Source of the DNA: Oxalobacteraceae bacterium
Lineage (GTDB): Bacteria; Pseudomonadota; Gammaproteobacteria; Burkholderiales; Burkholderiaceae_D
Direction of reading: 5' to 3'
Length of the DNA stretch: 37,652 bases
NCBI GenBank assembly: GCA_947487325.1
Contig: CANKWG010000001.1
Location: 1-37,652 of the forward strand
The position numbers were made by a program, and so were the translations under genes. Under the pieces are notes generated by a model that made no database searches, was not told the origin of the DNA, and saw nothing but the letters and a program-made list of their open reading frames with translations. Position 1 is the stretch's first letter. Every line of letters begins with the position of its first letter. Below, in pieces: positions 18,940 through 28,704 of this stretch.

Positions 18940-19416
18940 GTGGCCTTGTTTCATGTGGTGCTGGTCGAACCCGAAATACCGCCAAATACCGGCAATATCA
19001 TTCGTCTGTGCGCCAATACTGGCGCTCATCTGCATCTGATCGAGCCGTTGGGCTTCCCGCTTGATGACGCGAAGATGCGGCGGGCTGGACTGGATTATCA
19101 CGAGTACGCGGACATGCAGGTCCATCCTGACTGGACCTCCTTCCTAGCGACCCAGCAGCCCGACCCTTTGCGGTTATTCGCGATGACCACCCATGGGTCA
19201 GCCGTTTTTGCCGAACTTCGCTTTCAGCCCGGCGATGTCTTTGTCTTTGGATCGGAGACGCGCGGTTTGTCGGTCAGCCTGCGCGAATCCTTTCCTACTT
19301 CACAAAGAATCCGGCTTCCGATGCGTGCTGGTAACCGCAGCCTAAATCTGTCTAATGCTGTGGCTGTTACTGTTTATGAAGCCTGGCGTCAGAATGGCTT
19401 TGCGGGTGGTGGCTAG
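18940..19416 (+). CDS. trmL: tRNA (cytidine(34)-2'-O)-methyltransferase
   Basis: [30 protein letters not shown]. Confidence 0.96.
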   Translation: MALFHVVLVEPEIPPNTGNIIRLCANTGAHLHLIEPLGFPLDDAKMRRAGLDYHEYADMQVHPDWTSFLATQQPDPLRLFAMTTHGSAVFAELRFQPGDVFVFGSETRGLSVSLRESFPTSQRIRLPMRAGNRSLNLSNAVAVTVYEAWRQNGFAGGG

Positions 19417-19515
19417 GTGGCTTCTTAAATTTCATAAGTCATCGGTTATGCAACGAAAGACACAGGATCCTGCGCCTATAATTCAACAATTGCTACTTTT
19501 TATACTGAGGATCCC

Positions 19516-20013
19516 ATGCTGAATCGACTCACGATCTTACTTGCCACACTATTAACCACCGGCTTGGTTCACGCGCATGGCACGCATGCCGGCAACATTC
19601 ACGTTGAACAGGCACAGGCGCGTGCCAGCGTCGGCAATCAATCGAATGGTGCGGCTTTTCTGACCATTGAAAATCAGGGCAAGGCTGATGATGTTCTGCA
19701 GTCGGTCGCCGCTCCCGTCGCAGGTAAAGTTGAAATTCACACCATGACGATGGAAGGCGACGTAATGAAAATGCGCGCCGTTGAACGTATTGATATCAAA
19801 GCCGGCGAAAAAATTGAAATGAAACCTGGTCAGGGGTATCACATCATGCTGATGGGTCTGAAAAAACCACTAAAAGCAGGCGAAAGCTTTCCCATGCAAC
19901 TCAGCTTCCGTAAAGCGGGCAAAGTACAACTCACGGTAACTGTCATGGAAGTGGGAGCGGCCACCAAATCCAGCCAGGATGAGCAGATGCATCAGCATCA
20001 CCATCATCAATAA
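19516..20013 (+). CDS. PCu(A)C family periplasmic copper chaperone with His-rich tail
   Basis: Signal peptide, EIHTM...MKMR...YHIML, C-terminal MHQHHHHQ. Confidence 0.92.
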   Translation: MLNRLTILLATLLTTGLVHAHGTHAGNIHVEQAQARASVGNQSNGAAFLTIENQGKADDVLQSVAAPVAGKVEIHTMTMEGDVMKMRAVERIDIKAGEKIEMKPGQGYHIMLMGLKKPLKAGESFPMQLSFRKAGKVQLTVTVMEVGAATKSSQDEQMHQHHHHQ

Positions 20014-20109
20014 ATGCTTTCAATAAGCTTGATGCGCGCAGGTTCCGAGAATGTTGCGGTGGCAGTGCTTTAGTGACAGTGTTCCGGCGCCAGCGCTGTA
20101 TCAGCCGCA

Positions 20110-20439
20110 TCAGCCGTTAATGATTTTTCGCTCCAGCGCCTCCCGTGCATCGCCGAACATGCTCTGGTGCCAGTATTCGTGGCGGTCTGCGAGCCATGCA
20201 AATTTTCTGTTCGTTGCAGCCAAACATCTGAGCGGTACCAGCGATACCTGATAGCGGCTAAGCAGCGCGATGAACTCTCTTGATGCCTTCTTGGTGAGAA
20301 ATCGGATTTCCATTCTGAGTATTAATCGCCCATTATTCATATGGAATTCGCGGATAGCGGTCAAATCTTTCAGTCCCTGAAAAAAACGCTGCTCATCACC
20401 GGCAGTCAGGAACGACGGCAATTCGATTTCAACATCCAT
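20110..20439 (-). CDS. Hypothetical protein (109 aa)
   Basis: ORF from ATG 20439 with globular-looking DEQRFF, FIALLSRY and YWHQSMFG segments; no family recognised with confidence. Confidence 0.65.
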   Translation of the reverse strand: MDVEIELPSFLTAGDEQRFFQGLKDLTAIREFHMNNGRLILRMEIRFLTKKASREFIALLSRYQVSLVPLRCLAATNRKFAWLADRHEYWHQSMFGDAREALERKIING

Positions 20440-20697
20440 TTTTTTGACTTGAGCAGTTGTGCATTTTCCGTGAACGCACAAACATCCATATTCGGGCGAC
20501 GAGGCGAATTTAAAACACTCAACTCATGGGGGGCGAAAAAAATTCCGGAATGTGTGTGCAACACCACACACCTGCACTGCAGAAAATGGCTACGCAGATT
20601 ATTTGATGGCCGGACGCGAAGTTAAGCGAGCGAAGGTTCAGGTCAGCAACAGACTTTCGATCATCGACACTAACGACGGGTGCAGAGTTTCAATCCC

Positions 20698-21156
20698 TCA
20701 GGAGCGCGCGTCGTAGTGCTGATAAACCTTGCGACTACCTTCTTCGCCGAACAAGATCACATCGAACGCATCTCTGCGCGTACCGTCGACCTCCATGCCC
20801 GGACTACCGACGGGCATGCCGGGCACCGCCAAACCAAGGCCTTTCGGACGCTCGGTCAGTAAACGATGAATTTCTTGCGCAGGTACGTGACCTTCCAGCG
20901 CGTACCCCTCAACCATGGCTGTGTGACACGATGCCATGTCGGGTGGTACGCCGAAACGCAGCCTGTACGGCCCGGTTTTAGGTACGTTATGCGCAATTAC
21001 TTCGAAACCGTTTTGCTCGAGATGGCTGATCCAGTCAACACAACAGCCGCAGCTGGACGTTTTATAGACGTCAATCTTCGTTTTCTTTTCGGCACGCGCG
21101 AAGCTGGGCGCCACCAGACCGATCACTAATGCCTGCATCAGGGTTCTGCGTTTCAT
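20698..21156 (-). CDS. DUF411 family periplasmic metal-binding protein
   Basis: KRR-containing signal, SCGCCVDW, SCHTA, EGHVPA, GLAVPGMPVGSPGME. Start 21156 is inferred. Confidence 0.88.
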   Translation of the reverse strand: MKRRTLMQALVIGLVAPSFARAEKKTKIDVYKTSSCGCCVDWISHLEQNGFEVIAHNVPKTGPYRLRFGVPPDMASCHTAMVEGYALEGHVPAQEIHRLLTERPKGLGLAVPGMPVGSPGMEVDGTRRDAFDVILFGEEGSRKVYQHYDARS

Positions 21157-21348
21157 TGGCTGTCCTCGTTGGGTCTCAACTGCGCGCATGGGTGCGCTAT
21201 CCGGGTTGGAGTAAAGTGTAGTGCAGGAACGGCATCGTCGCATTGGACTACCGATTCGCAGCCGACCTAACGCTCAGAGCGGCTTTGAACAACGCCGCGT
21301 CTTGCGACAAGCCCCCAAAAGCTACGGACCACAGAGGCAGCGCACTTA

Positions 21349-22203
21349 TCAGGCCGAGGCCTTCGCCAGTGGCTCGAGGCGGGCAATCGCTTCCTTGCGG
21401 TAGCGATTGAGCTCCTGAACTGAGCTAAAGCTGCGCTCGAACAGCAAAGAGAGATTGTGCAAAATCCGGTCAACGACTTTCTTTTCCCACACGTCGTCAA
21501 AATGAATCTGGTGGTCCAACCACGCCTCAAGCCAATCTGGATCAGGCAGCCGACTCTGCACCGTATCATTAGGGTACAGCGCTTGATTCACATGAAGATT
21601 GGTCGGATGCAGTGGCTTGTCGGTACGACGGGCTGAAGCCATCAACACGCCAATTTTTGCGAAGGCGACACGCGCATTATCCCCAGCCTCTGACAGCGCT
21701 TTTTTCATGTAGCGCAAGTAAGCGCCACCGTGGCGCGCTTCATCTTGACTGATGATCTTGTAGATTTGCTTTATCACTGGCTCGGTGTGCCAGTCAGCCG
21801 CACAGCGGTACCAATGATTGAGTCGTATCTCGCCGCAAAAATGCAGCATCAGGGTTTCCAGCGGTGGCGCAGGATCGAATTCGAAGCGTACGTTATGCAG
21901 TTCCTCTTCGGTCGGTACCAAGTCGGGGCGGAAACGGCGCAGATATTCCATCAACACCAGTGAATGCTTTTGCTCTTCGAAAAACCAGACGGACATGAAG
22001 GCAGAAAAATCGCTGTCATTGCGGTTATCGCGCAAGAACATTTCAGTCGCGGGTAAGGCAGACCACTCGGTGATCGCATTCATGCGTATGGTCTGCGCCT
22101 GCTCGTCAGAAAGCCGCGAAGGATCGAACTCACTCCATGGAATATCGGTTTCCATGTTCCAACGGACTTGCTCAAGGGAGCGGAAAAGTTCAGGGTACAG
22201 CAT
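21349..22203 (-). CDS. Ferritin-like diiron protein (acyl-ACP desaturase-like motifs)
   Basis: Paired ExxH motifs (FEEQKH, QDEARH) plus ITEW and CGE glutamates. Start 22203 or 22221. Confidence 0.82.
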   Translation of the reverse strand: MLYPELFRSLEQVRWNMETDIPWSEFDPSRLSDEQAQTIRMNAITEWSALPATEMFLRDNRNDSDFSAFMSVWFFEEQKHSLVLMEYLRRFRPDLVPTEEELHNVRFEFDPAPPLETLMLHFCGEIRLNHWYRCAADWHTEPVIKQIYKIISQDEARHGGAYLRYMKKALSEAGDNARVAFAKIGVLMASARRTDKPLHPTNLHVNQALYPNDTVQSRLPDPDWLEAWLDHQIHFDDVWEKKVVDRILHNLSLLFERSFSSVQELNRYRKEAIARLEPLAKASA

Positions 22204-22310
22204 TTGTTGAGCTTTCTGCATGAATTATCTATTCAGATTCTACCAACAAAGTATGACCGTTCCATTGATGACCAAGTCGATTCGTCGCTTACGTTTACGG
22301 CAGCCAAAAC

Positions 22311-23846
22311 TCACAATTTGTTCAATCCGGCCAGCATTTGTCCGGCCCGAACCCGTATCGCCTCCCGCTCGGCTGTATCAATCTTTTGGAGATTTTTCGC
22401 CATCAGCGCCGTCCTTGGATTAACGGCTAGGGTGGCCTCGTGCGTGTCGATGAAATGCCAATACAAGGTCGTGAATGGGCAGGCGGTCTCCCCTTTTCGG
22501 TGCGTAGGGTCGTAGCGGCAGCCCGAACAATAATTGCTCTGCCGGTTAATGTAGGCACCACTGGCCACATACGGCTTACTGGTGAAACGCGGCCCGCAGG
22601 CGTGCAAGGCCATGCCCGCCGTGTTCGGCAGCTCGACCCATTCAATGGCATCCACGTAAATCGCCAGATACCAGTCGCAGACCTGTTGCGGCGACAAGCC
22701 CGCAAGCAAGGCGAAATTGCCGGTCACCATCAGGCGCTGAATATGATGCGCGTAACCGAGCTCCAGCGTTTGCTTTAGGGTGTCCCGTACGCAAGCCATC
22801 CCGGTCTGGCCGTTCCAGAACCACTCGGGCAGATCGCGCTGGTGCCCGTAGTGGTTTGCCGTGGCCATCGCGGGCATGTCGGTCCAGTACACGCCACGGA
22901 TGAACTCGCGCCAGCCGAGTATCTGGCGTATAAAACCCTCGGCGCTTTCGATGGAGACATGACCCTTTCGCCAGGCCTGCTCTGCGGCCGCGACGACTTC
23001 ACGCGGATCAAGCAAATGCAAATTAAGCGCTGCCGACAGCAGGGAATGCCAACCCAGCGGTGTGTCGGTCCACATCGCATCCTGATAATCACCGAACTTG
23101 CTCAGGCGCTGATCAATGAAACGCGCGAGCGCCTCGAGCCCCTGCTCTCTGGTCACCGGCCAAGCAAAGTGGGCAAGCGAACCGGGGTGCTCGGGGAAAA
23201 GTTTTTCCACCAAGGCGATTACTTGTAACGTCACTGCATCGGGTGCAAAAGCGGCGGGCGGCGGGATCACGCCGGGACCGGTGCGCTTGGGATAGGCACT
23301 GCGGTTCTCGGCATCGAAATTCCACTGACCGCCGGCCGGTTCGGCGCCGTCCATCATGACGCCGTATTTTTTTCTCATCACACGATAGAAAAACTCCATG
23401 CGCAGCTCTTTCTTGCCCCGCGCCCAGTCGGCAAATTCCGCACGACTGCAAAGAAAGTGCGTGTCATCCAGCAGATGCATGACCACGCCCTCATCACGAG
23501 CGACATTTTGTATCTGTTGCAACATTCGCCACTCACCGGGCTCGACCAGCCGCAAGGCCTGAGGTTGATGCTGGCGCAAGGCCTGCCGCAAGCGTTCATC
23601 GAATCCGGCACCAGCCGGATCATCGATTTGCACATAATGGAACGGCCAGCCGCGCGCGGCCAGGCCGTTGGCGAAATGCCGCATCGCTGACAAGAACAAG
23701 GCAATACGGGCCTTGTGCGACCAAACCGCCTTTGCCTCGCCGGGGGCCTCGATCATCAGCACGGCATCCTGTGCGGGATCGAAGTCCTCGAGCGCCGGAC
23801 TGGCAAAACTCAATTGGTCGCCCAGGACCAGGATCAGGTGGCGCAT
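22311..23846 (-). CDS. FeS-cluster cryptochrome/photolyase (PhrB/CryB-type)
   Basis: LVLGDQL, AMRHFA, RMEFFYR, GWREF, HHIQRLM, KPY; four Cys (MAC, CSGC, ACPF). Confidence 0.93.
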   Translation of the reverse strand: MRHLILVLGDQLSFASPALEDFDPAQDAVLMIEAPGEAKAVWSHKARIALFLSAMRHFANGLAARGWPFHYVQIDDPAGAGFDERLRQALRQHQPQALRLVEPGEWRMLQQIQNVARDEGVVMHLLDDTHFLCSRAEFADWARGKKELRMEFFYRVMRKKYGVMMDGAEPAGGQWNFDAENRSAYPKRTGPGVIPPPAAFAPDAVTLQVIALVEKLFPEHPGSLAHFAWPVTREQGLEALARFIDQRLSKFGDYQDAMWTDTPLGWHSLLSAALNLHLLDPREVVAAAEQAWRKGHVSIESAEGFIRQILGWREFIRGVYWTDMPAMATANHYGHQRDLPEWFWNGQTGMACVRDTLKQTLELGYAHHIQRLMVTGNFALLAGLSPQQVCDWYLAIYVDAIEWVELPNTAGMALHACGPRFTSKPYVASGAYINRQSNYCSGCRYDPTHRKGETACPFTTLYWHFIDTHEATLAVNPRTALMAKNLQKIDTAEREAIRVRAGQMLAGLNKL

Positions 23847-23978
23847 AAGTGGGACCAAAAAGTTGTCATAAGAAAACTATTGCCTATTTAATTATCAAGT
23901 AAATCTGTTTTTTGCTTTTTCTTTGAATGCGCTAAAATGACCCGGCAGTTTAAATTAAAACTTTATGGTATTCCCACA

Positions 23979-24569
23979 ATGAGCCAGCTTAAGACACGCG
24001 TACTACCCAGACCGTGGTGGGTCGTGGCCAGTTTCCTGAGCCTGATGACACTACTGGTCTTCATGCCGCGCGCCAGCTTGGCGAGTGAATGCCCCGCCTT
24101 GCTGAACTTCAAGCACAGCCGTCTTCAGGACGACGCGCCACAAAATCTTTGCCAGTACGCTGGCAAGGTTACGCTAGTCGTCAACACGGCAAGCTATTGC
24201 GGTTTCACCTCGCAATACGAAGGACTCGAAAAACTGTACGCGAATTACAAAGACAAAGGGCTGGTGATTCTTGGCTTCCCTTCCAATGATTTCAGCCAAG
24301 AGCCCGGTGACAGTAAAGAAATCGCTGACTTTTGCTACAACACCTATGGCGTGAAGTTTCCGATGTTTTCGAAAACTGCTGTCAAGGGTAAAGAAGCCCA
24401 TCCGCTGTTTGCGGCGCTGGCCAAGACCAGTGGTAAATCGCCGAGCTGGAATTTCAACAAATACCTGATCGATCGCGAAGGCAAGCTGGTCAGCCATTAC
24501 GGCAGCACCACGGGGCCGAGTGACAAAGCTATGCTGGCCGCTATCGAAAAGGCACTCACCACGAAGTAA
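23979..24569 (+). CDS. Glutathione peroxidase family protein (Cys type, N-terminal hydrophobic segment)
   Basis: VNTASYCGFT, LGFPSNDF, WNFNKYL. Start uncertain (23937/23979). Confidence 0.93.
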   Translation: MSQLKTRVLPRPWWVVASFLSLMTLLVFMPRASLASECPALLNFKHSRLQDDAPQNLCQYAGKVTLVVNTASYCGFTSQYEGLEKLYANYKDKGLVILGFPSNDFSQEPGDSKEIADFCYNTYGVKFPMFSKTAVKGKEAHPLFAALAKTSGKSPSWNFNKYLIDREGKLVSHYGSTTGPSDKAMLAAIEKALTTK

Positions 24570-24781
24570 GAACCTATCGCGTTAAGCTGCTTGCAGTGTT
24601 GTCGCCCTGCCGGCGACTTAACGAGACAGATTCTTAGTGATGCGCATGCGCATCATCCGAAACGGTTTTTGCTGTGATGCCTCCCAGCGCATGCTGGTGG
24701 CATGTCGGGGCGATCTTCCCCCAACCCGTATTCTCCCCGATGGGCGTCACAGCTTTTTTATTCATGCGGGATATCAAAACG

Positions 24782-26083
24782 ATGAAGATCGCAGTGGTTG
24801 GCTCCGGAATCTCCGGACTTTCAGCAGCGTGGCAGCTGGCCCGCTCGGGACACGAAGTATCGCTGTATGAAGCCGGCGATTACTTTGGCGGTCACACAAA
24901 CACCGTGGACATCACCGTCGACGGCAAAACCTTTGGTGTGGACACGGGCTTTCTTGTTTTTAATCACCGCACCTATCCGAATCTAGTCCGGCTGTTTGAC
25001 GACATCAAAGTCAATACGTCAGCCAGCGACATGTCCTTCTCCTGCAAATTGCCACTCTCGGATCAGCCCGGTGCGCGCATGCTTGAATGGGCCGGCGCCA
25101 ATCTGAATACCGTGTTCGCGCAAAGGCGCAATCTGTTTAATCCGCGCTTCCTGCGAATGATCCGAGACATTCTGCGCTTCAATCGCGAAACGACACAGAT
25201 GGCACAAAGTGACCGCGCGATGGATGACATGCCGCTCGGTGATTTTCTTGCTCGACGCCAGTACAGCGCGGAGTTCCGCGACTGGTATCTGCTACCCATG
25301 GCGGGATGCATCTGGTCTTGTCCTACCGAGCAGATGCTCGCTTTTCCACTCGCAACTTTCGTGCGCTTCTGCCAGAACCATGGATTGATTCAGGTGAGCA
25401 ATCGGCCGCAATGGCACACCGTCACTGGTGGCGCTCGACATTACGTGGTTCAACTGCTCAAAGAGATCACGAACAAATACCTCAAGACACCGGTCAAATC
25501 CCTATCGCGTGTCGATCACGGCGCACAGACGCAAGTGAAAGTGGATTCCGCTATGGGCAGTCTCATGTACGATCAGGTCGTGCTGGCCTGCCACAGCGAT
25601 CAAAGTCTCGCGCTACTCAGCGATGCCAGCGCGGAAGAGAAAAAAATTCTTTCGGCGGTGGGCTATCAGCCCAACCACGCGGTACTTCACACTGACGCCA
25701 GCTGCCTGCCAGCACGCAAACAAGCCTGGTCCGCGTGGAACTACGAAAGTGCCGGCACACAAGAACCGCGCGTGTGCGTGCACTACCTTCTGAATATGCT
25801 CCAACCGCTGCCATGCAAGACCCCGGTGATCGTGTCACTCAACCCGCTGTCCGAACCGGATCCTGCGAGTGTGATGGGCCGTTTTGATTATGCGCACCCC
25901 GTATTTGACAGCGCCGCTATTGCTGCGCAACAGGCACTGCCCGGCATTCAGGGCGAGCGCAACACTTGGTTCGCGGGCGCGTGGACTGGCTACGGCTTCC
26001 ATGAAGACGGTCTCAAATCCGGCCTCTCGGTCGCCAGTGCCATCGAACAACAGGCGCAACAGCAGTCGCGCCGCGCCGCGTGA
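24782..26083 (+). CDS. FAD-dependent oxidoreductase (UfaD/RSP1091-like)
   Basis: KIAVVGSGISG, GGHTNT, DTGFLVFN, GYGFHEDG. ATG 24782 preferred. Confidence 0.9.
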   Translation: MKIAVVGSGISGLSAAWQLARSGHEVSLYEAGDYFGGHTNTVDITVDGKTFGVDTGFLVFNHRTYPNLVRLFDDIKVNTSASDMSFSCKLPLSDQPGARMLEWAGANLNTVFAQRRNLFNPRFLRMIRDILRFNRETTQMAQSDRAMDDMPLGDFLARRQYSAEFRDWYLLPMAGCIWSCPTEQMLAFPLATFVRFCQNHGLIQVSNRPQWHTVTGGARHYVVQLLKEITNKYLKTPVKSLSRVDHGAQTQVKVDSAMGSLMYDQVVLACHSDQSLALLSDASAEEKKILSAVGYQPNHAVLHTDASCLPARKQAWSAWNYESAGTQEPRVCVHYLLNMLQPLPCKTPVIVSLNPLSEPDPASVMGRFDYAHPVFDSAAIAAQQALPGIQGERNTWFAGAWTGYGFHEDGLKSGLSVASAIEQQAQQQSRRAA

Positions 26084-26889
26084 CGGAGGCCGCCATGCAC
26101 GATCTACCCAAGCAGGCGTTGTTAAGTATGGGTCGGGTAAGACACACCCGACTGCGTCCCGCGCAAAACACCTTCAGCTACGGTGTATTCACACTCATGC
26201 TGCCACTGCGTACCCTGGGTGATGCAGCGCTACCCAGTCGCTTGTGCTCACGCAATCGATTCAATGTGATGTCCTTTTACGATCGCGATCATGGCGATGG
26301 CGAAACACCTCTTTTACAGTGGATAGACCAATTACTCAAAAGCGAGCAGGTCGATGATGCCGATGGCGAGATCTGGCTGCAAACCTTTCCTCGAGTACTG
26401 GGCTATGTCTTCAATCCAGTCTCATTCTGGTACTGCCACCGAAGTAACGGCGAATTGCGTGCGATTATCTGCGAGGTCAACAACACCTTTGGCGAGCGTC
26501 ATTGCTATTTGCTGGACACCGGCGACGCGATGCCCTGGGGCGTGTCGCTAACTGCGAAAAAAGTATTTCATGTATCACCCTTCTGCGCCGTCGAAGGCAG
26601 TTATCGTTTTCGCTTTATGCGCACCACACAAACCATTGATGGTAAAGATATTGAGCGTATCGTGGCGCGGATTGACTATGACGATAACGAAGGTCCGTTG
26701 TTACTCACCAGCGTCTCTGGCGTGCTGTCACAACTCTCCAATGCCAGCGCTACCGAAGCCTGTCTGCGTCATCCGCTGATGACCTTCGGCGTGATTGCCC
26801 GCATTCATTGGCAGGCACTGCGACTCTTCATCAAGCGCGTCCCATTCTTCAGCAAACCTTTGCCACCTACTTCTTCATTGAGCCGATGA
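26080..26889 (+). CDS. DUF1365 family protein (UfaO-like)
   Basis: HTRLRP, GYVFNPVSF, EVNNTFGE, FHVSPF, IHWQALRL. Confidence 0.9.
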   Translation: MTEAAMHDLPKQALLSMGRVRHTRLRPAQNTFSYGVFTLMLPLRTLGDAALPSRLCSRNRFNVMSFYDRDHGDGETPLLQWIDQLLKSEQVDDADGEIWLQTFPRVLGYVFNPVSFWYCHRSNGELRAIICEVNNTFGERHCYLLDTGDAMPWGVSLTAKKVFHVSPFCAVEGSYRFRFMRTTQTIDGKDIERIVARIDYDDNEGPLLLTSVSGVLSQLSNASATEACLRHPLMTFGVIARIHWQALRLFIKRVPFFSKPLPPTSSLSR

Positions 26890-28121
26890 ATAAACCACTA
26901 TCCCCCTCATGCGCCCTCAATGATGAAATTGCTGGCAGCTATCTTCAATCTGCCACGCTACCGACCCAAGCGCGCATCGTTCTCCAAATGCTGCGTCGAC
27001 TCGAGCATGGATCACTGCGGCTGAAATGTCCGGACGGCAATGTGCTGCATTTCGGTGATGACAGTAAGCCTGTCACTCTGACACTCGAGAGCTGGGAGCC
27101 ATGCATCGCCGTGATGAAATCGGGTGACATCGGATTTGCCGAGAGTTTCATCAGCCAGCAATGGCATACCGACGACCTCACGCGCCTGCTCATGCTGTTT
27201 ATCAAGAACCGGAATGCGCTTGAGACGGCTATTTATGGCACATGGTGGGGCAGTCTGGTCTACCGTATCCGCCACCTCTTCAACCGCAATTCGCGTTCCG
27301 GCAGTCGTCGCAATATTCACGCGCACTACGATATCGGCAATCGCTTTTACCGACTGTGGCTGGATCCGTCGATGACCTATTCGAGCGCGCTGTTTGCCAA
27401 TCCGGAGGCGACGCTGCAGGAAGCACAAACGGCCAAGTACGAACGTATCTATGACGAACTGCAAGTGAGTACCGGCAACCAAATTCTGGAAATTGGTTGT
27501 GGCTGGGGCGGCTTTGCCGAACTTGCTGCGAACCGCGGTGTACACCTCACGGGTCTAACGCTATCGACTGAACAACTGGAGTTTGCACAGAAACGCTTGC
27601 AGACTGCCGGGATGGCTGAACAGACCGAACTGAGGCTACAGGATTATCGTGATGCTGAAGGTGAATTTGATGCGATTGCATCGATCGAGATGTTCGAGGC
27701 GGTCGGAGAATCCTATTGGGATAGTTACTTCGAATGTGTTGCACAGCGACTGAAAACTGGTGGCCGAGCTTGCATACAAACCATTACGATCGATGATGCG
27801 CTATTCGAGCGCTATCGCAAAGGTACTGACTTCATTCAACAATATATTTTCCCCGGCGGCATGCTGCCATCACCTTCGGTTTTCCGTGCTCATGCCGAGC
27901 GCCATGGCCTGAAAGTCGTTAATGAACATGCCTTCGGTCTTGATTATGCGCGCACACTCGAGCTCTGGCATGCGGCGTTCATGGATACACTGGCCGAAGT
28001 AGAAGCACAGGGATTTGATCGTGCATTCATTCAAACCTGGCGCTTTTACTTGTCCTACTGTGAAGCAGGATTCCGTGCCGGCAGTATCGATCTGTATCAG
28101 TTCACACTGCAGAAACAGTGA
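26886..28121 (+). CDS. Cyclopropane fatty acid synthase family methyltransferase (CfaS/UfaM-like)
   Basis: HYDIGNRFY, MTYSSA, LEIGCGWG, SIEMFEAVG, YIFPGG, YLSYCEAGF. ATG 26886 overlaps the upstream stop. Confidence 0.94.
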   Translation: MNKPLSPSCALNDEIAGSYLQSATLPTQARIVLQMLRRLEHGSLRLKCPDGNVLHFGDDSKPVTLTLESWEPCIAVMKSGDIGFAESFISQQWHTDDLTRLLMLFIKNRNALETAIYGTWWGSLVYRIRHLFNRNSRSGSRRNIHAHYDIGNRFYRLWLDPSMTYSSALFANPEATLQEAQTAKYERIYDELQVSTGNQILEIGCGWGGFAELAANRGVHLTGLTLSTEQLEFAQKRLQTAGMAEQTELRLQDYRDAEGEFDAIASIEMFEAVGESYWDSYFECVAQRLKTGGRACIQTITIDDALFERYRKGTDFIQQYIFPGGMLPSPSVFRAHAERHGLKVVNEHAFGLDYARTLELWHAAFMDTLAEVEAQGFDRAFIQTWRFYLSYCEAGFRAGSIDLYQFTLQKQ

Positions 28122-28669
28122 TGACAGCTATGTACCAACGAATTTTTCTTCTGGCACTGGTCGTATTCCTGCTGCCTCCGGCGGCACTCGCGCAATCATC
28201 TCCCGCCTATGTGCGGCAAGCACTGCCCGAATCCACGCTGGTGGGACAAGGTTTATATCGCTGGTTTGGTCTGAGCATCTACAAAGCGCGACTGTGGGGT
28301 GACAAAACAAAAGTCACCGCGGCGGGGTGGTCTGGTAGCCCTTTTGCTCTTGAACTTGAATACACGCGGACACTGTATGGCGAAAAAATTGCCATCGCCA
28401 GCATTGATGAAATCAAAAAACTCGGGATTGGCACGAATGCGCAGCATGATCAATGGCTGGCAGATATGAAAAAAATCTTCCCGAATGTGGAAGAAGGCCA
28501 ACAGCTTACGGGATTCTTTTCACCCGGTCAGCCGTCGCGCTTTTTTTTAAATGGCGGATCCATTGGTGAAATTGCCGATCCAGAATTCGGCCCTGCATTT
28601 TTTGGTATCTGGTTACACCCAAAAACGTCTGCGCCGAAACTGCGTCAGCTTTTACTGGGCACGAAATGA
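28121..28669 (+). CDS. Chalcone isomerase-like periplasmic protein
   Basis: Signal peptide, WFGLSIY, FFGIWL, LRQLLLG; usual member of this cluster. Confidence 0.8.
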   Translation: MTAMYQRIFLLALVVFLLPPAALAQSSPAYVRQALPESTLVGQGLYRWFGLSIYKARLWGDKTKVTAAGWSGSPFALELEYTRTLYGEKIAIASIDEIKKLGIGTNAQHDQWLADMKKIFPNVEEGQQLTGFFSPGQPSRFFLNGGSIGEIADPEFGPAFFGIWLHPKTSAPKLRQLLLGTK

Positions 28670-28704
28670 CTGGATGCTACGTTGATTAGGCAGAGAAATT
28701 CCGA

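Noticed and set aside
20687-20697. GTTTCAATCCC, resembling the end of some CRISPR repeats
   Set aside because: Only one copy seen, no repeat-spacer periodicity and no cas genes.
23847-23978. RpoE/ChrR- or LitR-type sites in the photolyase-gpx divergent spacer
   Set aside because: No convincing consensus match found by eye; only a weak TTG-N13-CAA dyad.
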